Made by a program: the position numbers and the translations under genes. Shown here one piece after another: positions 9,617-18,646 of a stretch of 64,000 nucleotides of DNA. Numbering within the stretch: the stretch's first letter is position 1; each line of letters opens with the position of its first letter. This stretch comes from Bacteroidales bacterium (GTDB taxonomy: Bacteria; Bacteroidota; Bacteroidia; Bacteroidales; JAGONC01). The notes below the pieces were generated by a model that was not told the origin of the DNA, did not search any database, and saw nothing but the letters and a program-made list of their open reading frames with translations. The stretch is taken from the NCBI GenBank assembly GCA_028716265.1, contig JAQUQD010000001.1:41888-105887 (forward strand), given 5' to 3'.

Positions 9617-10633
9617 ATGGATCATATCAGGCTCGCTATCAATGGTTTCGGACGGATCGGGAGGGTCACCTTCCGTGCACTGCTGAAAAGTAAAAAGATT
9701 GAACTGGTTGCGGTGAACGACCTGGCAGATGCTGCAACTCTGGCACATCTGACTAAATATGATTCGGTTCAGGGACAGTTCCAGGGGCGGATCAGGGCCC
9801 GCGGGGATTTACTGATTGTGGACGGGAAGAAGATCCTGGCTCTGTCGGATCCCCGGCCGGAAATCATGCCCTGGAAGGAACTGGGAATTGATGTTGTGAT
9901 CGAATCCACCGGCGAGTTCACCACCAGGGAGCAGGCAGCCCTGCATTTACAGGCAGGTGCACAACGAGTGATCATTTCCGCTCCTGCCAAAGGACCCGAC
10001 GATGAGGTTAAGTTCATTGTCATGGGAATCAACGACGATATCCTGAGCCGTGACGACGTAATCATTTCCAATTCATCCTGTACGACCAACTGCGTGGCCC
10101 CCCTGATCAAAATCCTGGATGAACACTGGGGCATTGACGAAGCTTTTATCACTACCATCCATTCCTATACCCGTGATCAGAACCTCATCGACGGACCTCA
10201 TAAAGATCTCCGGCGCGGAAGGGCAGCAGCCTATTCGATCATCCCTACCACTACCGGCGCCGCGAAAGCCTCGTCAAGGATCTTTCCCCACCTGAAAACA
10301 AACCTCGGCGGTGCAGGGATACGGGTCCCGGTAGCCAACGGTTCTTTGACCGACCTGACATGCACGGTGCAGCTGCCCACAAGCGTCAAAAAGATCAATG
10401 CAGCATTTAAAAAGGCCTCAAAAGGTCCCCTGGGCAGAATCCTCCAATATACGGACGACCCGATCGTTTCTGCCGACGTGATCGGCAATCCTCATTCAGC
10501 CATTTTTGATGCCGGATTGACTACCGTTTTGGGCCAGCGTAATGACCTGGTTAAAGTAGTCGCCTGGTATGATAATGAAGCCGGATATGCAGCAAGGCTG
10601 GTTGATCTGGTCGAAAAATGGTTCAGCCTCTGA
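9617..10633 (+). CDS. gap: Type I glyceraldehyde-3-phosphate dehydrogenase
   Basis: 338-aa ORF with INGFGRIGR, the catalytic SNSSCTTNC, and WYDNEAGYAARLVDL. Confidence 0.93.
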   Translation: MDHIRLAINGFGRIGRVTFRALLKSKKIELVAVNDLADAATLAHLTKYDSVQGQFQGRIRARGDLLIVDGKKILALSDPRPEIMPWKELGIDVVIESTGEFTTREQAALHLQAGAQRVIISAPAKGPDDEVKFIVMGINDDILSRDDVIISNSSCTTNCVAPLIKILDEHWGIDEAFITTIHSYTRDQNLIDGPHKDLRRGRAAAYSIIPTTTGAAKASSRIFPHLKTNLGGAGIRVPVANGSLTDLTCTVQLPTSVKKINAAFKKASKGPLGRILQYTDDPIVSADVIGNPHSAIFDAGLTTVLGQRNDLVKVVAWYDNEAGYAARLVDLVEKWFSL

Positions 10634-10637
10634 TCTT

Positions 10638-11393
10638 TCAGGTGTAATATTTCAGTTCCACCTCCCTGCCGTCAAACACCACATACGAGAAATTGGTGAT
10701 CCAATCCCCTATGAGGAAAAATTCAGCATGCTCCCCAACGGTTAAATGGGTGGGAAAGTGATGATGCCCGAAGATGAAATAATCGATGCCGGGATCCTTT
10801 TTCAGGATCTGCAAACTGTACTGGTACAATCTTCGGGTTGGGATGTTGATGCTGTCTGCATCTCTCTTTTCCCTGGCAATATGGGCGTATTTGCTTCTTC
10901 CGGAAAAATAAAGCCCCATGGCAGAACCAATATCAGGATGGAGCCATCGGTAAAGCCACTGGTTTAAAGGAAATTCAAAGACTTTTTTCAGGAATTTATA
11001 ACCCTTGTCGCCATCGCCCAGACCATCGCCATGCGCCAGATAAAATCGTTTTCCATTCCATACCCTGATTTCCGGGTCACGGTGAAGTTCCAGACCAAGC
11101 TCTTTCCTTAGATAGTCAAATGCCCAGATATCATGATTTCCCCTGAAAAGATGAACCGGAATGCCTGCATCGGTTATTTCTGCAAGTTTTCCCAGGAAAC
11201 GAGTAAATCCTTTGGGGATCACGGTTCTGTATTCGAACCAGAAATCGAACAGGTCCCCCATCAGATAAATCTCAGCAGCGTCCTTGCTGACCTCCTCCAG
11301 CCACCCAACCAGTTTGCGCTCCCGTTCCAGGCTGCTGCCATAATCAGGAATGCCAAAATGAAAATCCGAAGCAAAATAGATCTTGCCGCGCAT
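10638..11393 (-). CDS. lpxH: UDP-2,3-diacylglucosamine diphosphatase (LpxH-type calcineurin-like phosphoesterase)
   Basis: 251-aa ORF with the metallophosphoesterase motifs SDFHFG, MGDLFDFWFEY and RGNHD. Size and layout match Bacteroidota LpxH. Confidence 0.75.
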   Translation of the reverse strand: MRGKIYFASDFHFGIPDYGSSLERERKLVGWLEEVSKDAAEIYLMGDLFDFWFEYRTVIPKGFTRFLGKLAEITDAGIPVHLFRGNHDIWAFDYLRKELGLELHRDPEIRVWNGKRFYLAHGDGLGDGDKGYKFLKKVFEFPLNQWLYRWLHPDIGSAMGLYFSGRSKYAHIAREKRDADSINIPTRRLYQYSLQILKKDPGIDYFIFGHHHFPTHLTVGEHAEFFLIGDWITNFSYVVFDGREVELKYYT

Positions 11394-11477
11394 GAGAGGT
11401 GATAATAAGATTCAGCTCTGTTGTTTTCTCTTTAAGTAAACAGTTACAGGGTATGTAACAGAATTTTTCAATAAAAG

Positions 11478-12290
11478 TTACATCGCCTCCAGTAATTTTG
11501 TGATCAGCAGTGTCATTCTTGGCTCCGTTTTACGTGCCGCCTGCTGTACTTCTTCATGGCTTACCTGTGTGATCTTGCCCCGTATTCCCAGGTCGGATAT
11601 GACGGTTATGGCCAGGCACGATATTCCAAGCTGCCGTGCTGCAATGGCTTCAGGTATGATCGACATGCCCACGGCATCAGCTCCAAGATAACGGATGTAT
11701 GCATATTCCGCTTTGGTTTCGAAAACAGGTCCGGTCACTGCTGCCAGTATACCTGACTGCAATGGGATGGTGTGCCTCTTTGCCACACGCTTTGCCAACG
11801 CAATGAGTTTTCTGTCAAACACTTCGCTCATATCAGTATGCTTCCGTATGGTGCCTGCTTCCTCAGTATCCATCCGGGGAGTGGCATTCATCAGATTGAT
11901 CTGGTCAGTGACCAGCATCAGGTCTCCTATCTGAAAGGAAGGATGAAGTCCACCCGAAGCATTGGACAGGATCAGCAGATGTACTCCCAGCTGCTTCATC
12001 ACACAAACCGGAAGAACAATATCCTCAATGGAAACACCTTCGTAGAAATGGACCCGGCCCTGCATGACCATAACGTCCTGGTTGCCCAACTGCCCGAAGA
12101 TCATCTTTCCTTTGTGACCTTCCACTGTCGTCATCGGAAAACCTTCCAGATCCTTGTAAAGCAGCTCGATGGGTTGCCTGATCTCATTCACCAATCCTCC
12201 CAGCCCGGAACCGAGTACGATGCCTGTCGATGGTAAGGCATGGACCTGTTTTCGGATGACCTCCGCAATATCATTCACTTTTTGCCGCAT
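11478..12290 (-). CDS. Purine nucleoside phosphorylase (trimeric PunA/PNP family)
   Basis: Motifs GIVLGSGLGGL, EGHKGKMIFG, MQGRVHFYEG and LSNASGGL. The start is set at the ATG at 12290 (MRQKVNDIAEV...), which overlaps the lpxK 3' end by 20 nt. The ORF-track start at 12341 is less likely. Confidence 0.82.
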   Translation of the reverse strand: MRQKVNDIAEVIRKQVHALPSTGIVLGSGLGGLVNEIRQPIELLYKDLEGFPMTTVEGHKGKMIFGQLGNQDVMVMQGRVHFYEGVSIEDIVLPVCVMKQLGVHLLILSNASGGLHPSFQIGDLMLVTDQINLMNATPRMDTEEAGTIRKHTDMSEVFDRKLIALAKRVAKRHTIPLQSGILAAVTGPVFETKAEYAYIRYLGADAVGMSIIPEAIAARQLGISCLAITVISDLGIRGKITQVSHEEVQQAARKTEPRMTLLITKLLEAM

Positions 12291-13326
12291 AGCTGAGAAT
12301 ATAGGAATGAAAGATTCGTTTTGATACCGGATGAAATTCAATTTTTACAGGAAGGAAATAAACGGGCAGGTCATTCAGCAGATCGGTGATGTGCTTCTCC
12401 CTGAGACGCATGGCGTCTTTTTCGGTAGTTAGTATGATCTTGTTCCTGCCGATGATGTTCTTGAAGCGGGATCGTATCTCCGCTGCATCAGCTGGGGTGA
12501 AGACATGATGATCCCCGTAGATCAGCTGTTCAAGTTTATTAAAATGATGCCGCAGATAGATCTCCAGTGGATAGGGATCAGCAATCCCGGCGACCATAAG
12601 AACAGATCCTTTAAGTTTAACGGGACGTTCTTGCGTTCCGTCCCATAGTGAAACCGGATCCCCATACCTGAGGTAAGAGTAACATACCTGCTGATCTTGG
12701 CGGGGATTCAGTTCATGAAGCAGTTCTCTTTCGATAAGTGGAGAGAGCGTGTGATCTGTCTTGGTGACTACGATGATATCAGAGCGTTTCGCACCGGAGA
12801 CCGGCTCTCTCAGACGACCGGCAGGGATCAGATAATCCCTGGTATACAGATGGTAATAGTCTGTAAGCAAAATGGAAACTCCTGGTTTCACGTAGCGGTG
12901 TTGGTACGCATCATCCAGCAGGATAATCCCGGGAGCAGGATTCATCCCCAGCAGCTTGCGGATGCCGTGTCGTCGGTCCGTGTCAACAGCGACCATAATG
13001 TCAGGGAATTTCTTTTTGTAAAGTATGGGCTCATCGCCAACATCACGGTATGTGTGCCTTGGCTCTGCCAGGAGAAATCCTTTTGTGACGCGTCCATACC
13101 CTCTGCTGAGCACTGCCACACGGTACCTTTCTTTCAGCATTCGGACAAGGTATTCTACATGAGGGGTCTTTCCTGTTCCCCCCATCGATAAATTACCGAC
13201 GGAAATAACGGGTATATCATAGGTCTCAACAGGAAGGATTCCAAGATCGAATAGCAGGTTCCTCAACCGTGCAACCAAACCATACATTAGTGCCAAAGGT
13301 AACGCTATGATCCTAAGAAAACCCAT
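12271..13326 (-). CDS. lpxK: Tetraacyldisaccharide 4'-kinase
   Basis: 351-aa ORF with an N-terminal membrane helix, the P-loop VGNLSMGGTGKTP, and SRGYGR. Confidence 0.88.
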   Translation of the reverse strand: MGFLRIIALPLALMYGLVARLRNLLFDLGILPVETYDIPVISVGNLSMGGTGKTPHVEYLVRMLKERYRVAVLSRGYGRVTKGFLLAEPRHTYRDVGDEPILYKKKFPDIMVAVDTDRRHGIRKLLGMNPAPGIILLDDAYQHRYVKPGVSILLTDYYHLYTRDYLIPAGRLREPVSGAKRSDIIVVTKTDHTLSPLIERELLHELNPRQDQQVCYSYLRYGDPVSLWDGTQERPVKLKGSVLMVAGIADPYPLEIYLRHHFNKLEQLIYGDHHVFTPADAAEIRSRFKNIIGRNKIILTTEKDAMRLREKHITDLLNDLPVYFLPVKIEFHPVSKRIFHSYILSYAAKSE

Positions 13327-13390
13327 CCCATAAAGTTACGGATTAATTTTATGGTGGCAATGAAATGGTTTTGCTTATGAAAATTAACGT

Positions 13391-13398
13391 TAAATTTG
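13391..13398 (+). promoter_or_regulatory. -7 box (TAAATTTG) for the NIF3/zinc-ribbon pair
   Basis: Matches TAnnTTTG, 19 nt upstream of the ATG at 13418. Confidence 0.45.
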
Positions 13399-13417
13399 AA
13401 AAAAAAGGATATCCTTC

Positions 13418-14512
13418 ATGAAAATAGCACACATCGTACAGGCACTGGAGGAAACAGCTCCTTCACCCTGGCAGGAAGAATATGATAATTCGGGACTTAT
13501 CCTGGGTGATCCCGAAAAGGAGATATCACGTGCACTCGTATGCGTTGATGTCACATCGACAGTCATTACCGAGGCCATTGAAAAGCACTGCGAACTGATC
13601 ATCTCCCATCATCCGCTTGTTTTCAGGGGTCTCAGGCAATTGATCCCGGGGAACCTGACTGAGGATCTGGTGATCCGGGCAGTGAAAAATGAAATTGCAG
13701 TCTGTTCGGTTCATACGAACCTGGATAATATTGAACGGGGTGTGAGCTGGATCCTGGGACAGAAGATAGGACTCACTCATTCCAGGATACTGTCTCCCAG
13801 GAAGGGTTTACTCCGAAAACTGGTTACCTTTTGTCCGCCAGACCATGCTGATAAGGTCATGCAAGCCATCTTTGACGCCGGAGCAGGTTTTATCGGCAAC
13901 TATGACTCATGCAGCTTTCGGCTCCAGGGTGAGGGAACGTTCAGGGGCCTGGAAGGAAGCCAGCCTTTTGTCGGCGAGAAAGGAAAAGTGCATGTTGAAA
14001 ATGAGCTTCGGCTCGAAACAATATTTCCCATTCACCGTGAGAGGGAGATCATCCATGCTTTACTGAATGCACACCCGTACGAAGAGGTGGCATATGATGT
14101 ATATCCGCTTGATAACGAATATAATGAGGTTGGACCGGGAAGGATCGGTGATTTGGCAGCTCCGGTAGCAGAAAGGCAATTGCTGGATAGACTGAAGGCA
14201 GTTGCCGGATCATACCTTATCCGGCACTCCGGATTCCTGGAAAAACCTGTGAAAAAAGTGGCAGTATGCGGAGGATCAGGAAGCTTCCTGATCAAAAATG
14301 CTGTTGCTCAGAAGGCAGATGCATTTATAACTGCAGATCTTAAATATCACGATTTCTTCGAAGCGTACGATAAGATTTTATTAATTGATATCGGACACTA
14401 TGAAAGTGAACAATTTACAAAAGAACTGATCACTTCCATTCTTGTGAAAAAATTTCCTACTTTTGCTGTCCTCATGACCGAACAGAATACGAACGCCGTC
14501 CAATACTATTAA
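13418..14512 (+). CDS. Nif3-like dinuclear metal centre protein (YbgI/NIF3 family, long form)
   Basis: 364-aa ORF with WQEEYDNSGL, ISHHPLVFRG and TADLKYHDFFEA, and a middle insert typical of the long NIF3 form. Confidence 0.82.
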   Translation: MKIAHIVQALEETAPSPWQEEYDNSGLILGDPEKEISRALVCVDVTSTVITEAIEKHCELIISHHPLVFRGLRQLIPGNLTEDLVIRAVKNEIAVCSVHTNLDNIERGVSWILGQKIGLTHSRILSPRKGLLRKLVTFCPPDHADKVMQAIFDAGAGFIGNYDSCSFRLQGEGTFRGLEGSQPFVGEKGKVHVENELRLETIFPIHREREIIHALLNAHPYEEVAYDVYPLDNEYNEVGPGRIGDLAAPVAERQLLDRLKAVAGSYLIRHSGFLEKPVKKVAVCGGSGSFLIKNAVAQKADAFITADLKYHDFFEAYDKILLIDIGHYESEQFTKELITSILVKKFPTFAVLMTEQNTNAVQYY

Positions 14513-14522
14513 AAGAACACGT

Positions 14523-15386
14523 ATGGCAAAGAAAGTCACCGATCCAACTCCTTCCGGGGAGATGGCATCAAAAAACGATGAGCTCAGTCAAGCCCAGCAG
14601 ACAGAATCGATGAATGAAAGGAACATTCAACCGCTTATTGAGGGGGCCGAGGTAAGCGTTGAACAAAAAATGATCGCCCTCTATTCATTACAACAGATTG
14701 ATTCACAGGTTGATAGAATACGAATTATCCGTGGGGAACTCCCTCTTGAGGTTCAGGATCTGGAGGACGAGATCATCGGATTGGAGACCAGAATAGAAAA
14801 CTATAAAGAGGAGGTCGCTGTCCTGGAAAAATCCATAAAGGACAAGCAGCTGGCCATCAAGGAGAGTCAAAACCTGATCAAACGTTATGAAGAGCAACAG
14901 CAGAACGTCCGCAACAACCGGGAATACGATTCGCTTTCCAAGGAGATTGAATACCAGACGCTTGAAATTCAATTAGCAGAGAAGCGGATCAAGGAATTCT
15001 ATGCCAGCCTTGAGCAAAAGAAATCGGAAATAACCGATGCAGAAGAAAACCTCAATGAACGGCAGAGTGACCTGCATCTGAAGCAAAAAGAACTTGAAGA
15101 TATTGTAACAGAGACTGATAAAGAAGAAAAAACGCTGATTGACAGATCCAATGACAATCAGAAATACATTGAAGATCGTTTGCTGAGAGCGTATAAAAGA
15201 ATCCGGAAGAACGCGCGTAACGGACTGGCAGTAGTCCAGATCGAACGTGATGCATGTGGTGGCTGTTTCAGTAAAATTCCACCACAGCGGCAACTGGATA
15301 TTCGCATGCACAAGAAGATCATCGTGTGCGAGTACTGCGGCAGGATCCTGGTTGATTCGACCATCGCCGCTGCATTGAATAAATGA
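14523..15386 (+). CDS. Coiled-coil zinc-ribbon protein (COG1579-type, usual NIF3 partner)
   Basis: 287-aa ORF. A long heptad-rich E/K/Q region is followed by the C-terminal CGGCFSKIP...CEYCGRIL zinc ribbon. It lies 10 nt downstream of the NIF3 gene. Confidence 0.7.
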   Translation: MAKKVTDPTPSGEMASKNDELSQAQQTESMNERNIQPLIEGAEVSVEQKMIALYSLQQIDSQVDRIRIIRGELPLEVQDLEDEIIGLETRIENYKEEVAVLEKSIKDKQLAIKESQNLIKRYEEQQQNVRNNREYDSLSKEIEYQTLEIQLAEKRIKEFYASLEQKKSEITDAEENLNERQSDLHLKQKELEDIVTETDKEEKTLIDRSNDNQKYIEDRLLRAYKRIRKNARNGLAVVQIERDACGGCFSKIPPQRQLDIRMHKKIIVCEYCGRILVDSTIAAALNK

Positions 15387-15397
15387 CCATTTGCTTA

Positions 15398-16879
15398 TCA
15401 GTACTTCATTCCGAAGGTCAGGACGAAATTGTTCTGCTGCGTGTCAATTTCAGCAGGTGGGGCCTGAATGGTTTCAGAGGAATACAGGTAGTAATCCTCA
15501 GAGTATTTGATGTGGTTATATCCGAAATCCAGGTAAAATGATTGGGCGCGGTAACCCAGGCCAGCCGCGATGATCTGGCGTTTTCCGTCGTTCAGGTCAT
15601 TGTCGTAAGGGCTCTGGTAATATCCATAGCCCCCTCTCACTGCCAGGTGCCCGAATCGCCATTCCGTTCCGACACGGATATTGGAAGCCTGACGATAGAT
15701 CGTTCCGATCCGTTGGTTGGCATCGTAAAAATCAGCACTGTTAGCTTTGAGCTGAGCTTTCGAATAGTCCACATACTCATAATCCAGGCTGATCAGTCCG
15801 TTCTGCCTGAAGATAAAAGCGAGGCTGCCAATCGCCCTCCAGGGTGTCTCCAGTTTGTAATCGTACGCACCAAGGGGAGATGCATAGGAATATGACTTTC
15901 CGTTATTCAGATTGGAACTCATGGTCGCACTGTACTCATCCCTCATGTTGTTGAACCAGGTCGGGGTATGATACACCACTCCAATGCGTATCAGATCGGC
16001 AGGCCGCAGGATGAGACCGAACTTGAAATTATAGCCGTTTCCCTGGGTTTCAAGATAAGAGGTACGCGTGAACCAGTCGAAGGTGTTGGTATCGTTTGTT
16101 ACCGTATTGGTTTCCTGATAACGGGACTCTTCATAATAGCGGAGATAGGGAAGCCCGACCGAAGCACCAAAATATACCTTGTCGCTGAAGTTTGTCCCGA
16201 CCGAAATGTCAAATTCATTCATGTATCCTTCGGTCAGGATATTTTTTCGCTGATCCACTGGAGCAATGCCGCCTCCGGGGTACAATGGAGCCCTGTTGGT
16301 ATAGCTTAGCGTGTTGGGGATGGGATCGATGAGATAGGTCTGGTAGGCCAGATCGGTATCAAAGGGGTCAAGCTCATCGGTATCATATCCATCAGCCCAT
16401 TCCACATAGGCATCCAGCAATGAATTGTCCGGATTGGTGCCTTCCATGGCAATGCGGTTATGGAAGTTATTGTTCCTGACCAGTTGAAACCCAAGCTGGA
16501 CGAACCGAAAGCCATTTCCTTCGGTGTTGTCGGTGACAGGTATGCTATAAACGAACCCGACGTTGGGTATGTTGAAGTTGCTGTTATCGTCTGACAGTGT
16601 CTGGTTCAGATACGTCGAATTCGAGTTTGAAGAAAAGACGGATGCACTGAAAACAAATTCAGACGATTTGAACAGTCCGATACCTGCAGGGTTGGTGTTT
16701 AATGTGGACAGGTCGGCCCCGACTGCGTTAAAGGCTCCTGCAATGCCTGTGAACCTTGCTGTTCCACCAGGTACCAGAAATGAGTAACGTAAAGCGTCCA
16801 CTTCATTCTGGCCAGAGGCGATGAATACGTTCAGGATAAACATAGCCGGGATGATGATCATTTTTTTCATCTTCAACAA
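15398..16879 (-). CDS. Outer-membrane beta-barrel protein, FadL/PorV-like
   Basis: 493-aa ORF with a signal peptide (MKKMIIIPAMFILNVFIASGQ). GGTARFTGIAGAFNAVGADLSTLNTNPAGIG resembles the conserved opening of FadL/Toluene_X/PorV-type barrels. It is rich in Y/G/N and ends in the aromatic terminus FVLTFGMKY. The exact family was not determined. Confidence 0.6.
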   Translation of the reverse strand: MLKMKKMIIIPAMFILNVFIASGQNEVDALRYSFLVPGGTARFTGIAGAFNAVGADLSTLNTNPAGIGLFKSSEFVFSASVFSSNSNSTYLNQTLSDDNSNFNIPNVGFVYSIPVTDNTEGNGFRFVQLGFQLVRNNNFHNRIAMEGTNPDNSLLDAYVEWADGYDTDELDPFDTDLAYQTYLIDPIPNTLSYTNRAPLYPGGGIAPVDQRKNILTEGYMNEFDISVGTNFSDKVYFGASVGLPYLRYYEESRYQETNTVTNDTNTFDWFTRTSYLETQGNGYNFKFGLILRPADLIRIGVVYHTPTWFNNMRDEYSATMSSNLNNGKSYSYASPLGAYDYKLETPWRAIGSLAFIFRQNGLISLDYEYVDYSKAQLKANSADFYDANQRIGTIYRQASNIRVGTEWRFGHLAVRGGYGYYQSPYDNDLNDGKRQIIAAGLGYRAQSFYLDFGYNHIKYSEDYYLYSSETIQAPPAEIDTQQNNFVLTFGMKY

Positions 16880-16912
16880 AACTTTAAACGGTGATCGAAC
16901 GAGAATAGTAAT

Positions 16913-18523
16913 TTACCTGCGGCCTCCGGAGCTACTGGAACTGCCACCTGACCGGGATGATCCTGACGAGGAGCTTCCACTGGAATGGGATGATGAAGAT
17001 CCACCGGAAGAGCCTGACCGTGACGGAGCAGAGTAACTGGGGGAGCTTGACCGTGATGGCGCTGAATAGCTCGGAGAACTTGACCGTGACGGGGTCGAAT
17101 ACGTACGCGACCCTGACCGTGACGGGGTCGAGTAGTTGGATGAGCCTGATCTTGGAGCAGGTACGGAATAGCTCCTGCCTGAATTGGAAGGAGAAGAATA
17201 GGTTCTCGTACCGGATGAGCGGGAAGGATCAGGTGTGGTTTTCACCGTGTTTCCCTGATTCTGGAAACCACTCCGGGGTGTTACGTTGGCCGGCCGCGTA
17301 TACGTATTTCTTTCCGTGCTGGAGGGTGTGGATTGCCTGACCGTTCCTGATCCAGGAGCTTTGTACTCCTGGCTGGATTTTGGCCTGGTGTAAACAGGTG
17401 AGCTATACGTCTTGGTTCTTGAGTTCACATTGCCCCGGTTTTCAGCGGGTTTTGTAGTAACCGGATTCTGCTGAGGAGTTCTTTTTGATGGCTCAGCACT
17501 TGGGTTGGTTGTATTTCTCTGGTTCTGAGAAGGTCTTGTCAGATCAAGGGTGTTTTTGTCCTGTGCCTGGCGCGTGGTGGCTGAAGAAGGATTTTGGTCA
17601 CGACTGACGGTGCTCCCACTTCGGCTATTGGCGTTATTTACGTCAGTCCCGGTCCTTTGATTTACAGTCCCCGATTTCGCATCGCCGCTTCCTGTCTGCG
17701 TGTTGGCTACACCACGGCCAACGACGGGCTGGTCAGATCCAATGTTCGCTCCTCTGAGGTTGCCATCGCTTCTGACCGCTCCGGCGTCAGCATTTGATCT
17801 CCCTCCTGAGATGGGGGTATTCAGTCCCTCACGCGAGTTTCTGGGACCATAATGAACAGAGGCATAATCCGGATAATATCCTCCTCCGTAATAATAGCCG
17901 CTACCGTCATAATATCCATTCCAGTAGCCATCATAATACCCGTTCCAGTAGGATCCATACCCATGATAAGGATATCCCCACCACGGGTCATACCAGCCGT
18001 AAGAGGGGTAACCCCATGAATAGTAGGGATAACCCCAGGAATATCCAAAGGAGCCCCATCCCCATCCAAAACCTATCGACATGCTGAGGCCGCTTCCATA
18101 ATACCATGGATCATAGCAGTAGGGACAGCCATAGTAATCTGAATAATAGCTGCTGTAGTACGGATAGCTGAATCTGCGGATCCGTGAAGCATACGAATAA
18201 TCATAATAATCACCGTAGTAATTATTGGTCACGTATGTCTTGCCGTCGGGATCAGTGTAAGAGTAGCTTTCGTCGTAGGCAGGTTCGTACATTTCATAGA
18301 CCTCTTCGTCTGTAATGAATTCACCCTCACCGTAAACTTGTTCTTCGGCGCTGACCGGGTTATCGGTATAATCGGTCACAACGACTGCTTCCGTTTCAGC
18401 GGGCACAGTCCTTCCCGTGTAATAGGCATCGTCATAAACCGGGGTTGTTGAATAATAGTTCGTTGAACAGGACGTGATGAACAATGCCAATGTAATCATG
18501 AAAATGCTGGTGAGGGTTCTCAT
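16913..18523 (-). CDS. Lipoprotein with acidic N-region, Tyr/Gly/Trp-rich core and long Ser/Arg/Thr/Pro-rich disordered tail
   Basis: A continuous minus-strand ORF. The start is set at the ATG at 18523, which gives the lipobox signal MRTLTSIFMITLALFITSC and is preceded by AAAGGAGGA 7 nt upstream. The core reads GFGWGWGSFGYSWGYPYYSWGYPSYGWYDPWWGYPYHGYGSYWNGYYDGYWNGYYD. The tail ends ...SRSGSRTYSTPSRSSSPSYSAPSRSSSPSYSAPSRSGSSGGSSSSHSSGSSSSGSSRSGGSSSSSGGRR. Confidence 0.7.
   Translation of the reverse strand: MRTLTSIFMITLALFITSCSTNYYSTTPVYDDAYYTGRTVPAETEAVVVTDYTDNPVSAEEQVYGEGEFITDEEVYEMYEPAYDESYSYTDPDGKTYVTNNYYGDYYDYSYASRIRRFSYPYYSSYYSDYYGCPYCYDPWYYGSGLSMSIGFGWGWGSFGYSWGYPYYSWGYPSYGWYDPWWGYPYHGYGSYWNGYYDGYWNGYYDGSGYYYGGGYYPDYASVHYGPRNSREGLNTPISGGRSNADAGAVRSDGNLRGANIGSDQPVVGRGVANTQTGSGDAKSGTVNQRTGTDVNNANSRSGSTVSRDQNPSSATTRQAQDKNTLDLTRPSQNQRNTTNPSAEPSKRTPQQNPVTTKPAENRGNVNSRTKTYSSPVYTRPKSSQEYKAPGSGTVRQSTPSSTERNTYTRPANVTPRSGFQNQGNTVKTTPDPSRSSGTRTYSSPSNSGRSYSVPAPRSGSSNYSTPSRSGSRTYSTPSRSSSPSYSAPSRSSSPSYSAPSRSGSSGGSSSSHSSGSSSSGSSRSGGSSSSSGGRR
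17015..17179. repeat. In-frame 33-bp tandem repeat, about 5 copies, inside the lipoprotein gene
   Basis: TGACCGTGA(C/T)GG-type units start at 17015, 17048, 17081 and 17114, with a degenerate unit at 17147. The period is exactly 33 nt. On the minus strand they encode SRS(G/S)S(R/P)(T/S)YS(T/A)P units. Confidence 0.85.
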
Positions 18524-18646
18524 TTTTCGATCCTCCTTTGATTTGTTGATATTTTCTATGGGCTTGAGGGCTTTCATTATTAATTCGTACTTTTACGCAT
18601 CAATTGGATTGCAAATTTTAGCAAAATTTATACCATATTTTAAAAA

